IMG/VR virus record: IMGVR_UViG_3300021368_002414
Coordinates: 1 to 29,954 of that record
Reading direction: 5' to 3' (one strand)
Source of the DNA: a virus
Lineage: Duplodnaviria > Caudoviricetes
Length of the DNA: 29,954 bases
Position 1 is the stretch's first letter. Every line of letters begins with the position of its first letter. A program made the translations under genes and the position numbers. Of this stretch, positions 6,336 to 16,108 are shown in pieces. Under the pieces are notes generated by a model. It ran no database searches and was not told the DNA's origin. It was given only the letters and a program-made list of their open reading frames with translations.

Positions 6336-9300
6336 TATTCCATACACCACCAGAACTGATGGTGACAGTATATCCACTTGCAATTGTGATAGGACCATAT
6401 GATGCAGCGTTGTCTGCACCACCGATTGTAAGATTCTCAGCAATACTATTTCTGTTTCTCTTAACAACACCGTAGCTATCTAGGTATTGTGCGTCACCTT
6501 CAACGCGAGTAATTCCTCTGATGTTTGCTTCACCACCAACATCTAATGTGTATGAAGGATCTGCTCTGTTGATACCAACTTTAGACAATCTGTAGATGTC
6601 AGCTGTGTTAGAAGCTTCTGTCCATCTAGAAGTAACAAACTCTTGATTGTCTTGGAAGAGTTGACCATTGAAGTTAACATCACCTTGAACATTAAGTTTG
6701 TAAGATCTAACAGTGTTGTTTGTAGGATCAGTTCCTGAATGTGCTGTTGTGTTAATTGCAACTGCATTGACATCTCCTTTGATTTGGAATGCAGGAGTTG
6801 AGTTCCAGTTGTTATTACCATTACTACCAGATGATTGAATTGCAAACAGATGATTACCTGTTGTCTGCTGACTAATTCTAAAGCTTCTATAGTTGGCAGC
6901 ACCAAACATTTCAATGAATGTACCAGAGTTATCATTACCACTGTCAAGAACAACACCTTCTCTGAATATAACTTTCTTATCGGCATCAATAGCGTAATTT
7001 GTTCCACTATTCTCAATCTTAAGACCGCCATCACCTTGAACGGTTAGTTTGTTAGAAGAGTTGGTTCTTAGAACAATATCTCTATCTTGTGCTCTACCAT
7101 TAAGAACTAGGTGTCCACCTTCTCCTGAGAAAGCACCACCATTATCACCATCACTTACCCAAATCCAAACATTGGATGCGTCATCCTTATAATCATTTCT
7201 AGAATCAAGGTATAGATGATGGATTCCTCTAGTTCCTTGAAGTCTTAGTGCAGCTTCAGATCCACCCTTAATGTCAAGTGATAGACCAGCAGTAAGTGTT
7301 GTACCAGCATTGATACCAACGTTATCGTTAGATGCGTCAACGAATAGAGTATCAGTATCTACTGTAAAGTCATCTGTGACAGTCGCTTTACTTGAGAATG
7401 AAGCGTCACCAGAAACAGTCAACGTAGATCCAGTACCAGTAATGCTCAACGATCCAGACATGCTATCGCCAGCCTTAAGAACGTTAAGAGAAGCAGAACC
7501 AGTTAGGTTTGCTGTGATTGTGCCAGCAGCAAAATTACCAGACGCATCACGCTTAACAGCAGTATCTGCAACGTTTGTAGTTTGGAATTCAATATTACCT
7601 GCGTTCCAAACAACGTTACCATTAACGTTAAATCCATCAGCGTTTGCAACTAGACAGTTTAGAGTACCAGAACCATCAGTAGCATTACCACCTGTTGCAA
7701 CTAAACCTACGTTGTAGTTAGCTGGAGAAACAGATGAGTTAAAGTAAACGCCAGGTGAGGATGCAATACTATCTTTTCTACCTAATCTTAAGTTTGCAGT
7801 ACCACCATCACTCTCTAACTTAGCAACTTGAATAGTGTTACCATCTTCAATAGTAAAGTCTTGGAATTCTTTTCTATCTGAAGCAGAACCAATTGTTTCA
7901 GCACCAACAAAATTACCAGTGGTTAATCTACCAATAATGATTGTAAAATCATTAGTATTATCTGGATCATTATTAACAATAATATTGTCAATAGCGATAG
8001 TACCTGTACCTTGTCCATTTGCATCATATAGGTTGACATTAGAGCCAGGTGTAAATGGTGTTGTGTTTAAGATTAAACCAGAAATATAAATTCTAAATTT
8101 AGGATCTCCATTAAATGATTTAATTGTCAAGTCATCTTGGATGATCTTAGATGACATAAATTCTGGAAGTCTATTATTAGATAGAGTTCCTTCATTAATG
8201 TTTAGAGCATTCTGATACCAGTAACCTTGCTTATTATCAAGTCTGTCAGCGTCTAATTCAGATCCAATACCGTCATTTAATGATGACCAAATCTTCGCCC
8301 AAGATCCAAAGGTTGTAACACCTGTTCCAGATCCACGAAGATACATGTTATCGTTATCTGTGAATGCAAGTTGTCTTACACCACCAAATGATGCATCAAA
8401 ACTAGTACCACCAGCTCTGAATGTAAGAACCATATTTTTGGTTCCACCATCTGCCAAACCGTTTGCTGAGTTGTTGATAGTGTTAGAAACAACACCTCCA
8501 GAGAAGTTATCAGGAGATGGGTTAGAAGTTGGGTTGTTAGTACCAGTTGAAAGTTTAAGTGTATTACCAGAAGAACCAGAAACATCAATAGGATATGAAC
8601 CACTCAATCTATCTTCTGGAACTGTTCCTGAGAATAAGTTAGTAGCGTTGGTATAGTAAACACCTTGCTGTCCGTCTAGAAGGTCAGCATCAAGACCTGA
8701 ATCTGCACCAACATCTAGTTCAACAGAACCATTACCTGATTGTCCAACAAGGAATTGAGACTTCTTAAATCTTGCAACACCAATAGTTCCGAATAGATCA
8801 GAAGAAATTGTAAGATCAGATACTCTCTGAACGTCTAGAGCTACGTTTGCATACTGTCTGTTTACTGTGCTAATCTTAGCAAGTAAGACTAGACCAGATC
8901 CACCACCAATTTCTGTGGGTGGAACCGTCATTGTAAAGTCTGCACTATAACCAGAACCACCATCAGTCACAGTAATCTCTGTGATAGTACCACCAGAAAT
9001 GATGACGTTCATCTTAGCGTCAGTTCCTGTTCCACCAATAACATCTAAGTCAAAGTATTGACCGTTAGTGAATCCAGTACCACCGTTAGAGATAATAAGA
9101 TCATCAACAAAGTTACCTTGAGTGTAAGTAGACTCAAAGATCATTGGCGATTCGCCACGCTCAAATTCAATAACAGTTCCAGCAGGAATTGTTGAAACAA
9201 CTGGATTGTTTAATCCAACTGTGGTTGAACCACCAGTAGTAAGAACACCAGTGATGTTTGTATTTGGTTGTACACCAGATACGTTGTTCTTAACTTCATG

Positions 9301-12300
9301 TCCTACAAGTGCATCAGATAGTGTAGCGAACACCATCTCACTAGAACCACTATTACATGTGGAAGTTAGTTTTGCAAAATATCTTCTTTCAGAACCTTTA
9401 ATTGACTGAACTGCTAGTGCAAAGTTTTGGTCACCACGTAAGAATGTAAAGGAGTTTGCAGCACCACCAGATGCAAGTCTATCTGTCTCAATAATACCAG
9501 ATACAATCTGGTTTGCAGCAATCTGGTTAGATGATAGAGATACCCAGTTGAGAGAGTTAGAAGATGATGTGTTAACAACTCTAGTAACATCAATATCAAC
9601 TGCAGGAATATCACTACTTTCAATGAAATCATTATCTTCTAATTTAATTCTATTAACAATATCTCCATAAAGTCTGCTTTCAATAAGTGATGTAGCGGTT
9701 GCAGCAACACCAGATCCTGCAGGAGCAGCGATGTTAACAGTTGGTGGAACAGTATATCCTTTACCACCTTTGAATCCATTGAATACAATAAGATCAATTG
9801 CAACAACCTCACCATTAGCAATAATAGCTTCTGCTTTTGCTTCAATAGATCCAGCTTGAGGAGTACCACCAGTCAGAGTTACAGTTGGTGGAGTTGCATA
9901 TCCAGATCCACCTTGTGTAATATTGATTTGGAATACAACACCTTGTCTATATTCAGTTGCTTGTAAACGACCACCAGTGATGCTACCAGTGAAGATGTCA
10001 CCAATGGTAAATTGTACTGTTGTATCTACACCAAATGCTAGGAATTGACTATCTAAATCATTGTTTAGAATGAATGATGTAGAAGTATCTTGCTCAATCG
10101 CGATATCACCAGCAAGTGCTCCTTCCAATGCTAGTCTTTCTGTTTGGTTAGCAACTGTAAAGACTTCAAATGGTCTTAGTGCAGGAATCTGATCAACAGA
10201 AATCTTACCAGAGTCAGTAAGTTCTACAAGGTTTCTTGGAATAGCATTTGTAGAGAACGGTTTGTTGATGTAAGGACCTAGATTATTTGTGATGTAATCC
10301 TTAACTGCCTTTTGAGTTGGTAGCTTAGAGTCACTAGAGTTAGCACCACCCAATGTGTTAGATGCATCAAAACCAGTAACAACAACGTCACCACCTTTCA
10401 ACTTCAAGAATTCAACTTCAGAAATTGTAACCGTACCAGTAAAGGTAATCGCACCAGTTCTGTTCTCAATTCTAGCGAATGTACCAACCTTGAAGTCACC
10501 AAGTTCGTCAGTACCAGAAACATATACACGACCATACTGTTCAGATACCTGTTCAAATGCTTCTGTCTTAGTACCACCGTTCTCAGGTAGTGCTAGGTAG
10601 TTTGTACCTGATCCAGCAAATTCCCAAGTGTGTGATGAGGAGTTAACAATAGATGGTCTATGTAACTTAATTGTCTCACCAGTAAGAGTGCCAGGAGAGA
10701 CAACATTACCAGTAGTAGTATTTGTTAAATTTAAGGCATCTCCAGTTCCGTTATCAAGAGTTAACTGTGCAGAGAAAGGAGGACCAACAGTAACGCCATC
10801 TACAGCGTCAACGAAGAATTCAATATCTTCATTTGTATTTCTAAATCCATCAACTTTAACAACGTAATGCTCTAGTGGTTCTCTTCCTAATCCAGTAACT
10901 GTTAAGATAGTTCTACCAGTTGGAGTAGAAGATACGTTACTAATTGTACCAACGTCAAAGCTATAGCACTCTGCTCTATATCCAATACCACGGAGAGCGT
11001 AGATACCGAAGTTTGTAGCAGAGTTGGTGATAGATGCATAACCACCAGACTCAGCAAGAACACCATCAGCACAGAAGATAACGAACACAGAAACCAACTG
11101 TGTGTAACCATCGTTGATAATTTTATAACCTGTACCACCAAAGGAGACAATCGTGAATGCAGATGCAACCATTGACTTACCCTGATTAGGGAAGGATGCA
11201 GTTCCATCTAGTTCAAGGCCAGGAAATGGGCAGTTAGGTTGTTTAACTTTAGATCCATCAACTAGAGCACCGCTACCACCTAAGAAGGAGATAACAGATG
11301 AGTTCTGTGTATATGGAGATGCTTCAATAATTGGATAGTCATCATAATCAGCACGAATTGCCATTTTGACATTGTTCTGATCATAGATGAAGTTGTTTGG
11401 ATATGTAATGATATCAGCAGTATCATACAGAGTTCCATATGTCTTAGTTGTAGAGCCAGGTTCTGTTCCGTTGGAGGGATCTACAGAATACTTAAGAATA
11501 TCATCAAGTAAATCAAATGATGTATTGATAGAAGAATCTACGTTACTACATGTAGATCCATTTCCATCGTCAATTAAAATACTCCAATCCTCAAACTTAG
11601 GAATTCCAGAAGACATTGCAACGTAGTCAGTGATAAGAATTGCACTACCACTTACAAATGTATGTGGATCAGTGTTACTTCCCGCAACACCTACATTCAT
11701 TGTAAATGTCGCAACACCAACTGATTCGTTATAACTTAAAACCTCAAACGATTGTCCTACATTCTGATCAAAGAGTTTAGGACTTTCATCATTACCACCA
11801 CCACTGTAAGCACAACTGAATACAATACCACCTAACTGGAATGCAACTCTAGATGTAGCATTTTGTCCAAAGCCTGTAGGAATACTAGAGGCAGGCATTG
11901 AAATAGATAGTAAACCAGATGTAGGAGTATAAGTTGCGTCAGAAATTGTACGAGTTACAACACCACTAGTGGTTGGTGATACACCAACGTTGACAGTGAT
12001 AGTTGTTGAGGTTGCTGCATCAATATTGATAGCAGTATTATATGCAGGGTCAGTTACTCTTGGATATGTGTGCTGAGATGCATTGCCATCTTTGTCACAA
12101 GTGAATGTTAATGAGTTAGGAGCAATTTGAATACTTGTATTTACTGGTAATGAGTGATTACCAATAGTCATTACTAAATCACCTGTAGCTGAATTATAAG
12201 TTGCATTAGTAACATTATAATTTACGATAGGTGACGCACCTACGTTTATAGTAAGGGTATCTGTGGTTACTGCAGTAATTGCTAGTGCTTGTCCAGATGC

Positions 12301-15300
12301 AGGGTCAGTTGCTCTAGGATATGTCTTGGTGGATGTATTACCATCCATTGTGCAGGTAAAGGCTAGCGCACCATTAGCAATATTAATTGTATTTGATGTA
12401 GTTAATCCATGTCCAGCAGTGCTGATAACCATATCACCTGTTGATGGAGTGTATACAACATCAGTAACTGGGTTGGGTAGAGAACCAGCATTACTTGTAA
12501 CAAAATATCCAGTTCCACCTACGTATGTGTGAGTGTAGTCACCACCTGCTTGGACTGCGTTAGTGGCTGTGCCACCTGCCCAAAGGTGATTTCCACCAGT
12601 TCCACCAGTAGAACCAGTTGCAGACCAGTTCTTAGATGCGTACTTAGCATACAATCTAGCTCTGGTATATGCATAACGAACATAAGGAATCTCTGATACT
12701 GATACACCAGTTAGAGTGCTACCACTGAAGTAAGACTCAGCAGCGTCAACAATACCACTGTTACCACCAAGAACTAAATCTTTTACAAGAGCTTTTAAAA
12801 TTAATTTTGTATCTCTAGGACATTTTCTCTCGTTAATATTTGTATATGCAATCTCAGGAAATGCTGTTAGAGTATCTTGGAATGCCTGATCAGCAATCAA
12901 GTCTGCGTTTCTAGCAATTAGATATGCACCATCTAAGTATGTTCCTGATGAATTGTTAGTAATTACATCTCCCCAAAGGAATGCTAGAGTATCAATGGCA
13001 GCCTTTACATCAGCACAAGCAGGAGTTCCAGCAGTTGTTGTAATTACAGTGTCATCAAAGTATCTTGGTACAGAAGAGTATCTTGGAGTGTAGATAGGAT
13101 CATTAGTAGTTCCATCTTCCATTCTCCAATTTCTCATTGCAAGAACGCATAGTCTACGTGCATATTCTACTGCACGAATGTTCTGTACAATTTCATCCTC
13201 AATGTATGCAATTCTATCATTAACAATATATTTTTTCGCTGCATCAATGATGTTATGGTTAGATCCAAATTCAAGGTCTCTTACAAGAGCATTGACAAAG
13301 TGGATAACGTCCTGACGACATTGCTCATCACCATCACCTCCAGTGTTACTACCTGATGTTGGAGAACTATATGCTGGATAAATCTTATTGCCAGCTTCAC
13401 ATGAGATAAGAATGTCTGCAAGTTTTACAATATTATCTTCAGCAAGACCAGGAATAGCTGATCCAGTGGTTACAGTTGCCTCACCAGTTATGATGTTATC
13501 ATAAGTAAATCCTGTAATGTTATATGCAGTTCCACCAAATGTTACTGTACCACCGCTAACATAGTTGTTTGATGTTGGTGTGGTTCCTAAGTAAATTTTA
13601 AAGTCAGTTCCACTAACATCATATACACGGAAGTGATCTGTTTTAAACTCTTCGTTAATTTGTCCTACAACTTCATCAGCAATAAACTCTCTATTGTTGC
13701 GTAAGAATACACAGGCATCTTGGAATCTTCTTTCTACAGGAGTAGATAGAGGGAATGTGTTTGGAGAGTTGAGTAGGGATAGAGTAACAGACTTAGAGAA
13801 AGACTTTGCAGTGGCTACTGTGCCAGGATCAAGGTTGGCAGTTGTGATTGATGGTATCTTTTTAGGAATAACAAATCTTCTAGAACGTCCATCAGCATCT
13901 TCTAAAACCTTATAAATTCTTTGCTTACCCATAAGGACGGATAAGTCTGGAGATGAGGTGGGTAGTCCCTCAATTAAAATTTCTTGTCCTTCTTTAAAGT
14001 CGTGAATATTACTTCTACCAACTAGTTCATTGGTATAGAATACAATACCACCTAAATCTTCTGCGTTACCAAACTGTGCATTCTGGAAACCACCAGTAGC
14101 AATACTTGGATCTCCTTGTAGAGAGAAGTCAAGTCTTTGAATAGGAACAGTTGATGTAATATCCTCATCAAAAGATACAACCTCACCCTCAGCTCTGATT
14201 GATTTTAGAGATGTAGTATCAAAACTATTGACTGTAATATTAGCAGCAAAAACATCAATACTTTCTGTTACTGTTGTATCCCAACCAGGTGAATTTAAAA
14301 TTGGTACAACTTCTACGTCCCAGTATGTTGGTGAGTTATCATCGTTAATCGCTTTTACTTCATAGAAACCTTGTGTAAAACTACTGTCATCAGTGTCATC
14401 AAGGTAGATATATGTGCCAGGTGGAATTAGTGTATCAGGATCTGTAGTAGTTCTAAAAATATTTTGTCCAACTGTAGCAGTAACTGTTAGTGCAATTGAA
14501 GCTCCTTGTGTACCACTAACAAGATAATTAAATCTCTCACCTTCTAGGAAAGAACCACTGGTTAGTGTAACATCTACAGTACCAGTCAGGAATGCATCAA
14601 CACCTGTAGTTTGATTAAATGTAACATCAATTAGTTTTGCTCTAGCACCAGTGTTGATACCAACTACTTCTAGTCCTGAAACCAGAGCTGATAAACCAGT
14701 GTTCTCCTGAAAACTAACACGGAATTGATCAGGTCCGAAAATTTGATGACCAATAGGGAAGTTAACTCCAAAGTCTCCGTTAACTTCATTGTCAATACAA
14801 ATTCTTTGCTTATCGTCAAAGACCATAGCAAAGTCCCAAGTAGCCACTGCGTCGCCAATTGAGTCAACTTGGTCTCTGTAAGTAACACCAATAACGTAGT
14901 TCTTATCACCAAATTTAAAGATATGTTTCTTTGGATTAGCAGGACGAATGATAACAAGACGGAGGTTGTCACCAACAACTGAACAATCTGGAGGTAGAGA
15001 GATTGGGTTGTCTTCTACATAGTCACCACCAGATACGATAAGTGTTTCTTTAACGCCAGGTGTTGCCCACGCTAACTGTGCTGCTCTTTTAATAGTTCTT
15101 ACTGGGTTTACAGCAGAACGACCATCGTTAAGGTCAGAACCAATCTGCTGTGACACATAGATACGACCACCAACGTCATTCGTTGCTAGGTTAAGGACGT
15201 ATTCTGTAGTTGCAATCTTGTCTGATCTGTCACCTAGTAGAGGTGTGATAGATCTTGGGAATATACCAGCTTCTCCAGTTTCATTATACGCAAATGAATT

Positions 15301-16050
15301 TGTATCATTAGCACGGAAACCAATGTGCTTGAAGTTAACTTCACCGTTTTGTACAATACCATCAAGGTGTACAGGTGCTTCAGAACCTGTTTGTCCAGCA
15401 TTGATAGCCTGATAAACGTTAGCACCAAAATATCTGTATGCGTCCTTCTGAACAATAACATTAGCACCCCATGCTGTGCCTGTGTTATTCATAAATGTCT
15501 TCAGATTAGGAGCTCTGAAGTTTGTATCAGGCGTAATGAAGTTATCAATATCAAGGTTTAGAATTCTCGCAGTATCAGAAATGATAGATGTAGAAGTTCT
15601 AATAGCACCATTAATATCAAGTTCAAAGTCAACAGTATCAAGTACAGATGTAGCCGTAGCACCACCACCATTACCACCAGTAATAGTTACAGTAGGCGCA
15701 GATGTGTAACCAGAACCAGGATTATTGATTGCAATATTAACAACTTGTCCATTAAAAATAAATGCAGACGCAAGTGCTTGAACACCACCAGCAATATTAG
15801 GAGCACCAATTGTTACAGAAGGCTCAGTAGTATATCCAGAACCACCTGTAGTGACTGTAATTTCGTTTACTCTCTCACCCGTTCTGTTAATACCAACACG
15901 AGGTAGAGCAGTGTTAGCATCTAACTGTGCTCTGATAATTTCCTTCTCGGCAGAACCCGTGCCAGATCGGATGGTAAGTTCATCATCGCCAATAAGACGT
16001 GGTTTAGAACCTCTTACAAATTCCTTGTCAGAATTGATATTAAAACTCAT
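6328..16050 (-). CDS. giant tail fibre / tailspike-like virion protein (3240 aa)
   Basis: Fibre motifs IATTEYV, LPTQKAVK, two GxxSxLDADxLD, LKAGDSMSGSL, NVGIN/KVGIN repeats and C-terminal GPITIASGYTVTI..W. Also GSGY..P.VT repeats, beta-helix-like segments (GSDLNDG..PVRTIKRA, GDYVE..P..LP..SVVGDNLR, SPYTQN), helical CxxD domains and FTC..YPR repeats. Confidence 0.85.
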   Translation of the reverse strand: MSFNINSDKEFVRGSKPRLIGDDELTIRSGTGSAEKEIIRAQLDANTALPRVGINRTGERVNEITVTTGGSGYTTEPSVTIGAPNIAGGVQALASAFIFNGQVVNIAINNPGSGYTSAPTVTITGGNGGGATATSVLDTVDFELDINGAIRTSTSIISDTARILNLDIDNFITPDTNFRAPNLKTFMNNTGTAWGANVIVQKDAYRYFGANVYQAINAGQTGSEAPVHLDGIVQNGEVNFKHIGFRANDTNSFAYNETGEAGIFPRSITPLLGDRSDKIATTEYVLNLATNDVGGRIYVSQQIGSDLNDGRSAVNPVRTIKRAAQLAWATPGVKETLIVSGGDYVEDNPISLPPDCSVVGDNLRLVIIRPANPKKHIFKFGDKNYVIGVTYRDQVDSIGDAVATWDFAMVFDDKQRICIDNEVNGDFGVNFPIGHQIFGPDQFRVSFQENTGLSALVSGLEVVGINTGARAKLIDVTFNQTTGVDAFLTGTVDVTLTSGSFLEGERFNYLVSGTQGASIALTVTATVGQNIFRTTTDPDTLIPPGTYIYLDDTDDSSFTQGFYEVKAINDDNSPTYWDVEVVPILNSPGWDTTVTESIDVFAANITVNSFDTTSLKSIRAEGEVVSFDEDITSTVPIQRLDFSLQGDPSIATGGFQNAQFGNAEDLGGIVFYTNELVGRSNIHDFKEGQEILIEGLPTSSPDLSVLMGKQRIYKVLEDADGRSRRFVIPKKIPSITTANLDPGTVATAKSFSKSVTLSLLNSPNTFPLSTPVERRFQDACVFLRNNREFIADEVVGQINEEFKTDHFRVYDVSGTDFKIYLGTTPTSNNYVSGGTVTFGGTAYNITGFTYDNIITGEATVTTGSAIPGLAEDNIVKLADILISCEAGNKIYPAYSSPTSGSNTGGDGDEQCRQDVIHFVNALVRDLEFGSNHNIIDAAKKYIVNDRIAYIEDEIVQNIRAVEYARRLCVLAMRNWRMEDGTTNDPIYTPRYSSVPRYFDDTVITTTAGTPACADVKAAIDTLAFLWGDVITNNSSGTYLDGAYLIARNADLIADQAFQDTLTAFPEIAYTNINERKCPRDTKLILKALVKDLVLGGNSGIVDAAESYFSGSTLTGVSVSEIPYVRYAYTRARLYAKYASKNWSATGSTGGTGGNHLWAGGTATNAVQAGGDYTHTYVGGTGYFVTSNAGSLPNPVTDVVYTPSTGDMVISTAGHGLTTSNTINIANGALAFTCTMDGNTSTKTYPRATDPASGQALAITAVTTDTLTINVGASPIVNYNVTNATYNSATGDLVMTIGNHSLPVNTSIQIAPNSLTFTCDKDGNASQHTYPRVTDPAYNTAINIDAATSTTITVNVGVSPTTSGVVTRTISDATYTPTSGLLSISMPASSIPTGFGQNATSRVAFQLGGIVFSCAYSGGGNDESPKLFDQNVGQSFEVLSYNESVGVATFTMNVGVAGSNTDPHTFVSGSAILITDYVAMSSGIPKFEDWSILIDDGNGSTCSNVDSSINTSFDLLDDILKYSVDPSNGTEPGSTTKTYGTLYDTADIITYPNNFIYDQNNVKMAIRADYDDYPIIEASPYTQNSSVISFLGGSGALVDGSKVKQPNCPFPGLELDGTASFPNQGKSMVASAFTIVSFGGTGYKIINDGYTQLVSVFVIFCADGVLAESGGYASITNSATNFGIYALRGIGYRAECYSFDVGTISNVSSTPTGRTILTVTGLGREPLEHYVVKVDGFRNTNEDIEFFVDAVDGVTVGPPFSAQLTLDNGTGDALNLTNTTTGNVVSPGTLTGETIKLHRPSIVNSSSHTWEFAGSGTNYLALPENGGTKTEAFEQVSEQYGRVYVSGTDELGDFKVGTFARIENRTGAITFTGTVTISEVEFLKLKGGDVVVTGFDASNTLGGANSSDSKLPTQKAVKDYITNNLGPYINKPFSTNAIPRNLVELTDSGKISVDQIPALRPFEVFTVANQTERLALEGALAGDIAIEQDTSTSFILNNDLDSQFLAFGVDTTVQFTIGDIFTGSITGGRLQATEYRQGVVFQINITQGGSGYATPPTVTLTGGTPQAGSIEAKAEAIIANGEVVAIDLIVFNGFKGGKGYTVPPTVNIAAPAGSGVAATATSLIESRLYGDIVNRIKLEDNDFIESSDIPAVDIDVTRVVNTSSSNSLNWVSLSSNQIAANQIVSGIIETDRLASGGAANSFTFLRGDQNFALAVQSIKGSERRYFAKLTSTCNSGSSEMVFATLSDALVGHEVKNNVSGVQPNTNITGVLTTGGSTTVGLNNPVVSTIPAGTVIEFERGESPMIFESTYTQGNFVDDLIISNGGTGFTNGQYFDLDVIGGTGTDAKMNVIISGGTITEITVTDGGSGYSADFTMTVPPTEIGGGSGLVLLAKISTVNRQYANVALDVQRVSDLTISSDLFGTIGVARFKKSQFLVGQSGNGSVELDVGADSGLDADLLDGQQGVYYTNATNLFSGTVPEDRLSGSYPIDVSGSSGNTLKLSTGTNNPTSNPSPDNFSGGVVSNTINNSANGLADGGTKNMVLTFRAGGTSFDASFGGVRQLAFTDNDNMYLRGSGTGVTTFGSWAKIWSSLNDGIGSELDADRLDNKQGYWYQNALNINEGTLSNNRLPEFMSSKIIQDDLTIKSFNGDPKFRIYISGLILNTTPFTPGSNVNLYDANGQGTGTIAIDNIIVNNDPDNTNDFTIIIGRLTTGNFVGAETIGSASDRKEFQDFTIEDGNTIQVAKLESDGGTANLRLGRKDSIASSPGVYFNSSVSPANYNVGLVATGGNATDGSGTLNCLVANADGFNVNGNVVWNAGNIEFQTTNVADTAVKRDASGNFAAGTITANLTGSASLNVLKAGDSMSGSLSITGTGSTLTVSGDASFSSKATVTDDFTVDTDTLFVDASNDNVGINAGTTLTAGLSLDIKGGSEAALRLQGTRGIHHLYLDSRNDYKDDASNVWIWVSDGDNGGAFSGEGGHLVLNGRAQDRDIVLRTNSSNKLTVQGDGGLKIENSGTNYAIDADKKVIFREGVVLDSGNDNSGTFIEMFGAANYRSFRISQQTTGNHLFAIQSSGSNGNNNWNSTPAFQIKGDVNAVAINTTAHSGTDPTNNTVRSYKLNVQGDVNFNGQLFQDNQEFVTSRWTEASNTADIYRLSKVGINRADPSYTLDVGGEANIRGITRVEGDAQYLDSYGVVKRNRNSIAENLTIGGADNAASYGPITIASGYTVTISSGGVWNIL
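11491..13728 (-). other. two tandem phycobiliprotein(globin)-like helical domains within the fibre, each interrupted by beta-rich inserts
   Basis: Domain 1: RFQDACVFLRNNREFIADEV..EQCRQDVIHFVNALVRDLEFGSN..PACADVKAAIDTL. Domain 2: YLDGAYLIARNADLIADQA..FPEIAYTNINERKCPRDTKLILKALVKDLVLGGN..STCSNVDSSINTSFDLL. The internal repeat is seen directly; the phycobiliprotein similarity is by eye only. Confidence 0.55.
11650..12472 (-). repeat. three tandem ~85-100-aa beta-rich protein repeats (xxAxYxxxTGxLxx...FTC...YPRxTDPA...TxNVG)
   Basis: Copies: VTDVVYTPSTGD..FTCTMDG..TYPRATDPA..TINVG; VTNATYNSATGD..FTCDKDG..TYPRVTDPA..TVNVG; ISDATYTPTSGL..FSCAYSG..TMNVG. Confidence 0.8.
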
Positions 16051-16087
16051 GGTGCCTGCTGCGCTAACGCCTAGTTATTCCTTTTTA

Positions 16088-16094
16088 TATTTAG
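16088..16094 (-). promoter_or_regulatory. late promoter CTAAATA upstream of the 3240-aa fibre gene
   Basis: Plus strand tatttag in the 58-nt intergenic gap. CTAAATA is the common cyanomyovirus variant of the T4 late box. Confidence 0.65.
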
Positions 16095-16108
16095 CATTAA
16101 CTTTGCAC

